Shown here: positions 1 to 5,515 of the stretch, piece after piece | Layout: each line of letters begins with the position of its first letter | How positions within the stretch are numbered: the stretch's first letter is position 1 | Source of the DNA: a virus | Lineage: Duplodnaviria; Heunggongvirae; Uroviricota; Caudoviricetes | DNA length: 12,244 nucleotides | Strand: one strand, 5' to 3' | Virus record (IMG/VR): IMGVR_UViG_3300027312_000135 | Position numbers and translations under genes: made by a program | Notes under the pieces: model-generated | Databases searched by the model: none | The model's input: only the letters and a program-made list of their open reading frames with translations | Told to the model about the DNA's origin: nothing

Positions 1-198
1 GCCGCGCCGGATGAGCCAGTCGCTGATTTCGCTGTACCACATGTGGGATAAGGCGTTCTGGTTGAGGCTGCGCTTCTCGCGCCACGGCTTGATGATCAGC
101 CGGTAGGTTTCGCCAGAGTCGAGCATAGGGAGGATTTGCTGCCCGATGGCGTTGAAGTTCGACCTATGAAGCCGTATGCCGTCCTTCGGTATCTCCAT
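1..198 (-). CDS. ninB: NinB/Orf-family recombination mediator, C-terminally truncated by the window edge
   Basis: Not in the ORF track because it runs off the edge. ATG at 198-196 is preceded by AAGGAGG. The translation MEIPKDGIRLHRSNFNAIGQQILPMLDSGETYRLIIKPWREKRSLNQNALSHMWYSEISDWL parallels lambda NinB (..QQNAIHAVQQILPD..VTIQERNRSLDQNRKLWACLGDVS..). Confidence 0.7.
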   Translation of the reverse strand, partial: MEIPKDGIRLHRSNFNAIGQQILPMLDSGETYRLIIKPWREKRSLNQNALSHMWYSEISDWLIRRG

Positions 199-388
199 CA
201 ACAACCTCCTTCAGTTGCTGAATAATTAGCCGCATATCATCCTCAAGGCGACCAACAGCGCGGTCAGAGAGCGGGTTGTCACCGCGATGGACCATGAGGA
301 GCTGCTGAGAGGCGTTTACGGCGTTGATGTAGGCGTTGCAAATTTGGCGGAATTGACGTTTTGAGATGGTGACTTGCTTGCTGCTCAA
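164..388 (-). CDS. Hypothetical nin-region protein (74 aa)
   Basis: ORF track entry. TTG start at 388-386 is preceded by AGGAGG. The start overlaps the upstream stop (TTGA) and the 3' end overlaps the ninB start. Confidence 0.55.
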   Translation of the reverse strand: MSSKQVTISKRQFRQICNAYINAVNASQQLLMVHRGDNPLSDRAVGRLEDDMRLIIQQLKEVVDGDTEGRHTAS

Positions 389-561
389 GTTTCCTCCTGC
401 TTGCTACAGGCGAGCCATGCGGCCTGCCAGCACTTCCACGCGTTAACTGTAGCGGGATCGTCGTACTCACCCTCATAGGTATGAAGGTCGAATCCCAACG
501 AATCAGCCCAAATCTCGAACTCCAGGTTACAGAACTCAAAATTTATTTTATCGTTTTTCAT
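385..561 (-). CDS. Hypothetical small protein (58 aa), paralogous to the C-terminus of the upstream 116-aa protein
   Basis: Hand-translated; below the ORF-track cutoff. Sequence is MKNDKINFEFCNLEFEIWADSLGFDLHTYEGEYDDPATVNAWKCWQAAWLACSKQEET. RBS is AGGAGA, and there is an ATGA overlap with the upstream gene. Confidence 0.5.
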   Translation of the reverse strand: MKNDKINFEFCNLEFEIWADSLGFDLHTYEGEYDDPATVNAWKCWQAAWLACSKQEET

Positions 562-908
562 GTGCTCTCCTGCTTACTACTTAAGGCTGCCTGCCATGCC
601 ATCCAGAAGCCAAATTTGATATGTGGCACTGCGTCGGTATATTTCGAGGATTCGAGATGCTTGTATTCAGCCTCAAACCACGCCTCAAACCTCTGCCGCT
701 CTAGCTCAGCTTTATCACTCATAGTTGTTACCGGATTATCAGAACGCGAGCAACTCATAAGGTCGATAGCTTCTTTTGCCAGCGTGCGGATATGCGTCAG
801 CGTGTCCTGCGATGCCGGTTGCTTCCGGGCGACGTCAATGATCGCCAGCACCAGGTTGCGTGTCTGGTCCTGTGTGGGCCGGATAATCAGCTGTGTTACC
901 TGCGTCAT
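558..908 (-). CDS. Hypothetical nin-region protein (116 aa)
   Basis: ORF track entry. RBS is GGAAGGGG, with an ATGA overlap with the upstream small ORF. The C-terminus FWMAWQAALSSKQEST resembles the downstream 58-aa ORF. Confidence 0.6.
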   Translation of the reverse strand: MTQVTQLIIRPTQDQTRNLVLAIIDVARKQPASQDTLTHIRTLAKEAIDLMSCSRSDNPVTTMSDKAELERQRFEAWFEAEYKHLESSKYTDAVPHIKFGFWMAWQAALSSKQEST

Positions 909-1060
909 GCTCTTGCCCCTTCCCGTCCTGCCAGCCAGAAGAAAAACGCGCGGTCGACAACCTCATCCTGATAGCCGAGGTGCGATCGGGTCATGCTGTG
1001 CTTGTCGCCGTGAACGCTGTGATAAAAACGCTCGAAGCTTCTTCTGATGCTTTCGCTCAT
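905..1060 (-). CDS. Hypothetical small protein (51 aa)
   Basis: Hand-translated: MSESIRRSFERFYHSVHGDKHSMTRSHLGYQDEVVDRAFFFWLAGREGARA. RBS GGGAGA sits 5 nt upstream. It starts 2 nt after the P stop and its stop overlaps the next ATG (ATGA). Confidence 0.45.
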   Translation of the reverse strand: MSESIRRSFERFYHSVHGDKHSMTRSHLGYQDEVVDRAFFFWLAGREGARA

Positions 1061-1062
1061 GA

Positions 1063-1755
1063 TTATCTCCCTTTCCTGACGAGAGCTTTCAGCCGGGCAA
1101 CGTTGTCCAGTGCCTTTTCGCTGGCTGTAGGCATGTAGAGCTTTTCCAGCTGCGCGCGCGGTGGGGGAATTTCTTCACCAGACTCGATGCGCGATGCCAT
1201 TTTGCGAAGCTCGGCGCGGCACTTTGCGCGCAGCTCAGGCTCAGAGAGGTTATTGGCGCGCATGGTGCTGTACAGTCCGGTGACCATCCAGTATGCGGCG
1301 TTGCTTTCCCACGGATACGCCTCGGGGCTGTCGATCAGACCGCGGCGGGCGGAGTACTTCATCACCATGTCATACAGACCGTCTTCGTCCGGCAGACCAG
1401 CGGAGCGGAGCTCGCCCTGCTTGCACCACTCGATAAATTGCCCAGGCGACGGCCAGAACGGCGAGGCACTGGCGCGGGCGTGCTTCATGCCGGCCGACAG
1501 CTGCTGCTTCGTGCTGATGTCGTTTTCAGCGAAGGCGGCGAGCCACTGACGCTTGGCTGAGGCTTCGTCGCGCGGATCCTTCAGCGCAGTGCTGACCGAT
1601 GCGGGAAAAACCTGCTTCAGGCTCATGAACAGCATGTCGACCAGACGCTCAACGGTTTCGTTAACGCCACGATCCACCGGCTGTGGGCCATCACCAGCCA
1701 TGCGGGCCAGCGCGCTGCTGTCGCGGTTGTTTATTGCGGCTACGAGATTTCTCAT
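1063..1755 (-). CDS. P: Replication protein P (DnaB helicase loader), lambda P family
   Basis: Translation shares long blocks with lambda P (PSPGQF.WC, YPW.SNA.YW.VT.LY..MRAN.L...ELR, RI..GE.IP.P). ATG at 1755 overlaps the O stop (ATGA). The ORF-track start at 1773 is an upstream GTG. Confidence 0.9.
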   Translation of the reverse strand: MRNLVAAINNRDSSALARMAGDGPQPVDRGVNETVERLVDMLFMSLKQVFPASVSTALKDPRDEASAKRQWLAAFAENDISTKQQLSAGMKHARASASPFWPSPGQFIEWCKQGELRSAGLPDEDGLYDMVMKYSARRGLIDSPEAYPWESNAAYWMVTGLYSTMRANNLSEPELRAKCRAELRKMASRIESGEEIPPPRAQLEKLYMPTASEKALDNVARLKALVRKGR

Positions 1756-2675
1756 ATGAAATTTTCCTCCCACTCTCTGCGGTCGTTCCAGTGTGGAATC
1801 TGCTGCTGTGAACTGGATGGCGCGTTGCGGGCCGGCTGGCTCATCTGCGCTTTAAGGGTCGCCCACTGCTTTCGCAGCTTCGACGGGCTGAGGATGTTGG
1901 TCTGCCAGAACTGATTGCCGTTCGCCCAGGTGAAGACTTCGCAGATTTCCCGGTGGCTGACCTTCAGGGAATCGCGCATCAGGCGAATGTCGTTTGCCCA
2001 GGCTGGCCAGTTGGGTTGCTGTGCTGTCGGGGTGATCACCTGAACCTTGCTGAAAATCCACTGAGCAGCCAGAAGGTCTTCAGCGGTTCCCCACTTATCG
2101 CCCTTAGGTGAATGAACCGCTGCATCAGGCCGAACAACAGGAAGACTTTTCAGACGCTCGTCAGAGGATTCGCCAGAATTCTCGGACGTATGTTTAATGT
2201 CTTTTTTGTCTTTTGTAATAGTGTCTTTTGTGTGTCCCTGTTTTGGTGACATCCCTGTCACTGTTTTGGTGACACTTTTTGTCACTGTTTTGGTGACGGT
2301 GACACCATCTTGGTGACACTCTGGAATTTGCCACTCAGCGAGGTTCTTATTAGGCCCGATTAGCATGCCTTCCCGGACCAGAACACCCATCTGAATAAGC
2401 TCGTTTTTCGCCTTGTTCACCTTCTGCCTGGGCAGTCTGGTGAGCTGGCTTATCTGGCTGTCAGCAATGCGATCCATCTTTTTGTTGAAGCCGTATGTTT
2501 TCCGGCAAACAGCATGCGCAACCTTCGCCTGGTTCCTGGTCAGGTTGGCCCCTATCAGCTCTTCGTACAGCTCGTTTGCCAGACGCGTATATCCGTCGTC
2601 TGTGTCTGCCACACGTTGCTCCACGGCCCGGAGTTCGGGCCTGATTGGCGTTACATTTGCGAGAGCGAGGCTCAT
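1752..2675 (-). CDS. O: Replication initiator protein O, lambda O family
   Basis: Translation matches lambda O in the N-terminal block (VADTDDGYTRL...RKTYGFNKKMDRIADSQISQLT) and C-terminal block (SENSGESSD...VVRPDAA...KWGTAEDL...WANDIRLMR...FW..N.LSP.KLR). The RBS GGAGGAGG is strong. Iterons lie inside the gene. Confidence 0.92.
   Translation of the reverse strand: MSLALANVTPIRPELRAVEQRVADTDDGYTRLANELYEELIGANLTRNQAKVAHAVCRKTYGFNKKMDRIADSQISQLTRLPRQKVNKAKNELIQMGVLVREGMLIGPNKNLAEWQIPECHQDGVTVTKTVTKSVTKTVTGMSPKQGHTKDTITKDKKDIKHTSENSGESSDERLKSLPVVRPDAAVHSPKGDKWGTAEDLLAAQWIFSKVQVITPTAQQPNWPAWANDIRLMRDSLKVSHREICEVFTWANGNQFWQTNILSPSKLRKQWATLKAQMSQPARNAPSSSQQQIPHWNDRREWEENFI
2190..2320 (-). repeat. 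ori: Replication origin: four GTCAC...GTGAC iterons plus an adjacent AT-rich segment, inside the O gene
   Basis: Iterons are gtccctgttttggtgac (2234-2250), gtcactgttttggtgac (2257-2273, 2281-2297) and a variant ggtgacaccatcttggtgac (2298-2317), spaced about 20-24 bp. T-rich DNA at 2190-2232 lies on the O-downstream side, as in lambda ori. Confidence 0.8.
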
Positions 2676-3475
2676 TTTGCCTCCTCCGGCTCTGTTGCAT
2701 CACCTAACACCCAACGGAGCGCTGCGGCGTAATCGCCGGTTGTCTCTGTCAGTGCCTGGGTAATTTCTTTGCGGGATCTCATGCGGGGTTTGCTTTCGCC
2801 CATCACGGCGCGCTGACGGCGGGCTCTTTCATGGCCCTTCGCTTCTGCACCGACTTGCGTTAGTTCTTTCACCTTGGCGCGCTGCTCTTCAGGCGGCATT
2901 GTTGACAGCTGGCGAGCATGCGTGACCGTCACCTGTCCGCCCTCTACTGCGTCCTGCACAGCCTGCGTGCAGTCCAGCAGTGCCAGGGTAGCTTTTACAG
3001 TCTGAAGGCTGCAGCCGAAAAGCAGCCCTAAATCCTGCTCATCGTGTCCGCGTTCAATCATCGCCGCCATTTTCTTTGCCCGCCCAAGGGGCGTATCGGC
3101 GCGCCGGATTTCGTTCGCGCTGACCATGTACTGGGACATGCGCACTGCCGATCCCCGCTTAGCGATTGCTGGCACGAGTACCGGTTCTTTACCTTCTGCC
3201 GCCAGGCGAATATTAGCCTCCAGGCTATGCCGGACCCGCTGACGACCGTCGACAACGCAGACCTTGCCGGATTCGGGATCTTTCCAGCACAGAACAGGCT
3301 CCAGAACGCCCTGATCCATGATGTTCAGCACCATCGCTTCGTCGATAGGCAGGTGAATGCGCTCGTCATAAAGCGGGTGTGATGGGTTGGTAACCAGGTA
3401 CAGGGCGCCCGGTTCGAAAAACAGCACGTTGCTTTTGCCGCTGGCGCCGTAAGCGTCGATTGAGTTCTTAGCCAT
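2672..3475 (-). CDS. ParB/Srx N-terminal-domain protein (ParB-like nuclease/CTPase fold) with a central HTH-like region
   Basis: 267-aa ORF with RBS GGAGG. The motif VVDGRQRV, followed by helix-rich and basic C-terminal regions, is typical of phage ParB-like proteins. ATGA overlap with the O start. Confidence 0.75.
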   Translation of the reverse strand: MAKNSIDAYGASGKSNVLFFEPGALYLVTNPSHPLYDERIHLPIDEAMVLNIMDQGVLEPVLCWKDPESGKVCVVDGRQRVRHSLEANIRLAAEGKEPVLVPAIAKRGSAVRMSQYMVSANEIRRADTPLGRAKKMAAMIERGHDEQDLGLLFGCSLQTVKATLALLDCTQAVQDAVEGGQVTVTHARQLSTMPPEEQRAKVKELTQVGAEAKGHERARRQRAVMGESKPRMRSRKEITQALTETTGDYAAALRWVLGDATEPEEAK

Positions 3476-3489
3476 TGGCGCCTCCGAGA

Positions 3490-3518
3490 TTGAAAACTTC
3501 AGCTACTTGTTTCATAAT
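3490..3518 (+). promoter_or_regulatory. Candidate Po-like promoter for the oop-like antisense RNA
   Basis: TTGAAA (3490-3495), a 17-nt spacer, then CATAAT (3513-3518). It lies in the cII-parB intergenic region and points into the cII 3' end. Confidence 0.55.
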
Positions 3519-3524
3519 TACTCC

Positions 3525-3591
3525 TGTGAATTGATCCAGTCTTTTCGCATCAGGCCTCGAAGCTGTTCGCGCAGCTCGGGGCCTTTTCTTT
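3525..3591 (+). ncRNA. oop: oop-like antisense RNA overlapping the 3' end of cII
   Basis: The promoter above is followed by an intrinsic terminator. The stem is 3553-3565 / 3572-3583 (12 bp with one bulge), the loop is ttcgcg, and the tail is TTTTCTTT at 3584-3591. Position and orientation match lambda oop. The 5' end is an estimate. Confidence 0.6.
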
Positions 3592-3849
3592 GGTAAGAAG
3601 CTGCTCAATGCGAAGCAGTCTTTGCGCCACTTCAGATTCCGGCGACACAACATCGAGGTAAGCCATAGCGAGGCTCATCATCTGGAAGAAGCTGTGTTTC
3701 TGCATTCCCGATCTGCGCTTCATTCGGCTTATGGTCGCTTCATCCATATCAAGCACTTTCGCCAGAGTTCCTTGTCCGCGTTCAGCCAGCTTGTTCAGTA
3801 ACTGACTTTCGATTTCTCGCGCTTTTTTGCGATAACTTGCAATTTCCAT
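3550..3849 (-). CDS. cII: Transcriptional activator cII
   Basis: REIESQLLNKLAERGQGTLAKVLDMDEATISRMKR aligns with lambda cII (LRIESALLNKIAMLGTEKTAEAVGVDKSQISRWKR). Its position after cro and nutR fits. Confidence 0.9.
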   Translation of the reverse strand: MEIASYRKKAREIESQLLNKLAERGQGTLAKVLDMDEATISRMKRRSGMQKHSFFQMMSLAMAYLDVVSPESEVAQRLLRIEQLLTKEKAPSCANSFEA

Positions 3850-3876
3850 GACGTAATATCTCTTTCGTTGAATAAG

Positions 3877-3911
3877 TTGCGTGACATTGCGGTGAGCAAG
3901 TCACTTAAGGT
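3877..3911 (+). promoter_or_regulatory. PRE-like cII-dependent promoter candidate (TTGC-N6-TTGC)
   Basis: TTGCgtgacaTTGC at 3877-3890 on the strand antisense to cro and sense to cI. A weak -10 candidate TAAGGT at 3906-3911 fits an activator-dependent promoter. Confidence 0.5.
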
Positions 3912-3912
3912 T

Positions 3913-3954
3913 TCCCCACACGGGCGGGGACGGGTTTCAGAGTGTTAAAGAGCG
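3913..3954 (-). promoter_or_regulatory. nutR: nutR: boxA plus boxB hairpin
   Basis: On the minus strand, boxA is CGCTCTTTAACA (3954-3943). BoxB is TCCCCgcccgtgtGGGGA (3930-3913). It lies between cro and cII and is nearly the same design as the nutL site. Confidence 0.75.
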
Positions 3955-3960
3955 GTGTTA

Positions 3961-4176
3961 CTAAGAGGCGGCTAACAGGTCTGCAAGATCAGGGCGAATC
4001 TCGAACGGTTTAACTCGACCCTGCGTGGCCTTGGATATTGCCAACACATATTTGGCATCTATGCCGCCTCCGTGTAGCCAACGCCAAACGGTCGGCTGTT
4101 TGACGCCGCAGAGATCAGCCAGCTTTTGCTGACTTCCTGCGATGTTCACAGCCCTTTGAATAGCTTTGTTAGTCAT
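3961..4176 (-). CDS. cro: Cro-like HTH repressor (Cro/YdaS-type)
   Basis: 71 aa from ATG 4176 with RBS AAGGAA: MTNKAIQRAVNIAGSQQKLADLCGVKQPTVWRWL... contains an HTH. It is divergent from cI. The ORF-track start at 4236 lies upstream of the PR candidate hexamers and would run through the operator region. Confidence 0.8.
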   Translation of the reverse strand: MTNKAIQRAVNIAGSQQKLADLCGVKQPTVWRWLHGGGIDAKYVLAISKATQGRVKPFEIRPDLADLLAAS

Positions 4177-4181
4177 AGCAA

Positions 4182-4276
4182 TTCCTTTACGTATTATCAC
4201 AGCAGGAATAATAGCAATGAGTATTGGTAAAGGCAATAGCTTTCCACATTTGACGGTTAATACGCCTAGCTATAAA
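4182..4276. promoter_or_regulatory. OR operator cluster with divergent PR and PRM candidates
   Basis: PR on the minus strand is TTGCCT (4236-4231), 17 nt, then TATTAT (4213-4208). PRM on the plus strand is TTGACG (4250-4255) with TATAAAT (4271-4277), placing the start a few nt before the cI ATG, so the mRNA would be nearly leaderless. Operator-like sites lie at 4182-4199, 4212-4229 (16/18 match to the best OL site) and 4255-4272. Confidence 0.6.
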
Positions 4277-4285
4277 TTGCGGGGT

Positions 4286-4909
4286 ATGAATAAAACTCTC
4301 GCAGAAAGATTGGCTAAGGCCATGCAAGAAAGGGATATGTCCCAGGGTGCTTTAGCTAAAGCATCGGGTGTAGCCCAACCAACTATCTGGCGCCTAGTCA
4401 AAGGTGAGGCCAAGGGTTCGACTCGTCTGGTTGATATTGCGCGCGCTCTGTCGGTGAGCGTTGAGTGGCTGGCTAACGGAACTGGGTCGATGGATGCTCA
4501 GGAAAAGATGACTTATCCTCAGCCACCAGCCAATGAGATGAAGCTCGGAGGGGTGTTTCCTGTTCCTGTCTTTGATCGCTCTAATGAACAAACACATGAC
4601 TATGTGTATGTCCCAAATTCAGTAGAGAGTGATAGCTGTAGAGCTTATATCTTAGAGCGAAATAGCGGGTGTTATGAAGCCCCTGCAGGAACTGTTGTCG
4701 TAGTAGACACAAAGGAAGAAGCTGGTAATGGTGATCTGGTTTACGCCAAAGTTAACGGGGCGTATTCCGTCTATAAATTTGTTGACGGCGGATCCACGGG
4801 TTATCTGTCAGTAGATGATGATCGCGTTCCTCTCGTACCTGCGACAACCGATTCATCCGTAATAGGCGTCGTCGTTTTCCTGCTGCGTGATCTGAAGCGC
4901 AAAAAGTAA
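4286..4909 (+). CDS. cI: cI-type prophage repressor: N-terminal HTH_XRE plus C-terminal S24/LexA-like domain
   Basis: MNKTLAERLAKAMQERDMSQGALAKASGVAQPTIWRLV.. is an XRE-type HTH. The C-terminal beta-rich domain (..GDLVYAKVNGAYSVYKF..) resembles an S24 peptidase fold. The ATG at 4286 was chosen because the ORF-track start at 4166 overlaps cro and OR. Confidence 0.85.
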   Translation: MNKTLAERLAKAMQERDMSQGALAKASGVAQPTIWRLVKGEAKGSTRLVDIARALSVSVEWLANGTGSMDAQEKMTYPQPPANEMKLGGVFPVPVFDRSNEQTHDYVYVPNSVESDSCRAYILERNSGCYEAPAGTVVVVDTKEEAGNGDLVYAKVNGAYSVYKFVDGGSTGYLSVDDDRVPLVPATTDSSVIGVVVFLLRDLKRKK

Positions 4910-5175
4910 TCCTCTTCATTTTTAGGGGGGGTGTATTCTGTATACCCTCCTTGCTTATTTCTAAGCAAAGCCGTCGCCATAATCCCTCCCCCTTTTCAAT
5001 CAAATCAGCATTTTATATTTTGAGTCCACCCAAAACACTGTTGTTTTAAACAGTAGTTTTCATAGTGAAACACATCCTCTTATAAATCAAGCAGAGCGTG
5101 ACGCTTTTTTTCTACCCTTCTCAAATCAGTAGCTTGCCACCATAAAACACTAATTTTTTTCGATACGAAATCATT

Positions 5176-5243
5176 CACTTATGCGTATTGCTATTGAAAT
5201 ATTACCAATACGTATTGCTATGAATAATACGCAATGCTATTGT
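5176..5243 (+). promoter_or_regulatory. OL operator cluster and PL promoter
   Basis: Three related sites lie at 5176-5193, 5203-5220 and 5222-5239. The middle one, TACCAATACGTATTGCTA, is an 18-bp palindrome with 8/9 pairs. The best promoter fit is TTGCTA (5215-5220), 17 nt, then TGcTATTGT (extended -10, 5235-5243). An alternative is TTGAAA (5194-5199), 19 nt, then TATGAA. Confidence 0.65.
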
Positions 5244-5285
5244 CTACCCCATCAGCAGGACGCAGTACCCAACAGGATGTTGGAT

Positions 5286-5332
5286 CGCTCTTTAACATTG
5301 ATGGGGTTTATTTCTCCCGCCCTTGTGGGAGA
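5286..5332 (+). promoter_or_regulatory. nutL: nutL: boxA plus boxB hairpin
   Basis: BoxA is CGCTCTTTAACA (5286-5297). BoxB is TCTCCCgcccttgtGGGAGA (5313-5332). It lies between PL and N. Confidence 0.75.
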
Positions 5333-5515
5333 CCAAAGAGCAGTTGGCTTTGGGATTGGATGAATGCGCAGGCATGGCTGGGATTAGCGAGTATTCCCGG
5401 CGTCGGCTGAAGCCGCTGGATAACAAACCCGCCTTGAGCGGTGGCAAAACCAGCGCGAGTGAACAGCGAGGAGCACCGGCCATCCAATCACCTAAGCCAA
5501 CTACCGGAGGTAAAT

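Noticed and set aside
481-1549. Plus-strand ORFs 481-1047, 893-1138, 1187-1549 and 1553-1759
   Set aside because: They lie opposite the coupled minus-strand nin/P genes. The products are Cys/Ser/Arg-rich without RBS support, while the minus-strand frame is recognisably lambda P-like.
2234-2317. Short regularly spaced repeats that could be mistaken for a mini-CRISPR array
   Set aside because: Only four copies are present, spaced about 23 bp with essentially no spacers, and each is an inverted repeat. They lie inside the O gene exactly where lambdoid ori iterons lie.
3468-3653. 61-aa minus-strand ORF and its terminal 15-aa mini-ORF (MKQVAEVFNLGGANG) with an AGGAG RBS, ending 5 nt inside parB
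   Set aside because: The long form overlaps cII out of frame. The 15-aa form lies exactly over the oop-like promoter region, and parB has its own GGAGG RBS. It could be a leader peptide, but there is no supporting evidence.
4166-4285. Upstream extension of cI (ORF-track start at 4166) and of cro (start at 4236)
   Set aside because: Both extensions would read through the divergent promoter/operator region and into each other. The internal ATGs at 4286 and 4176 give standard-length HTH N-termini.
4752-5003. 83-aa minus-strand ORF overlapping the 3' end of cI
   Set aside because: It overlaps cI by about 150 nt in antisense. It has no RBS and a non-ATG start context.
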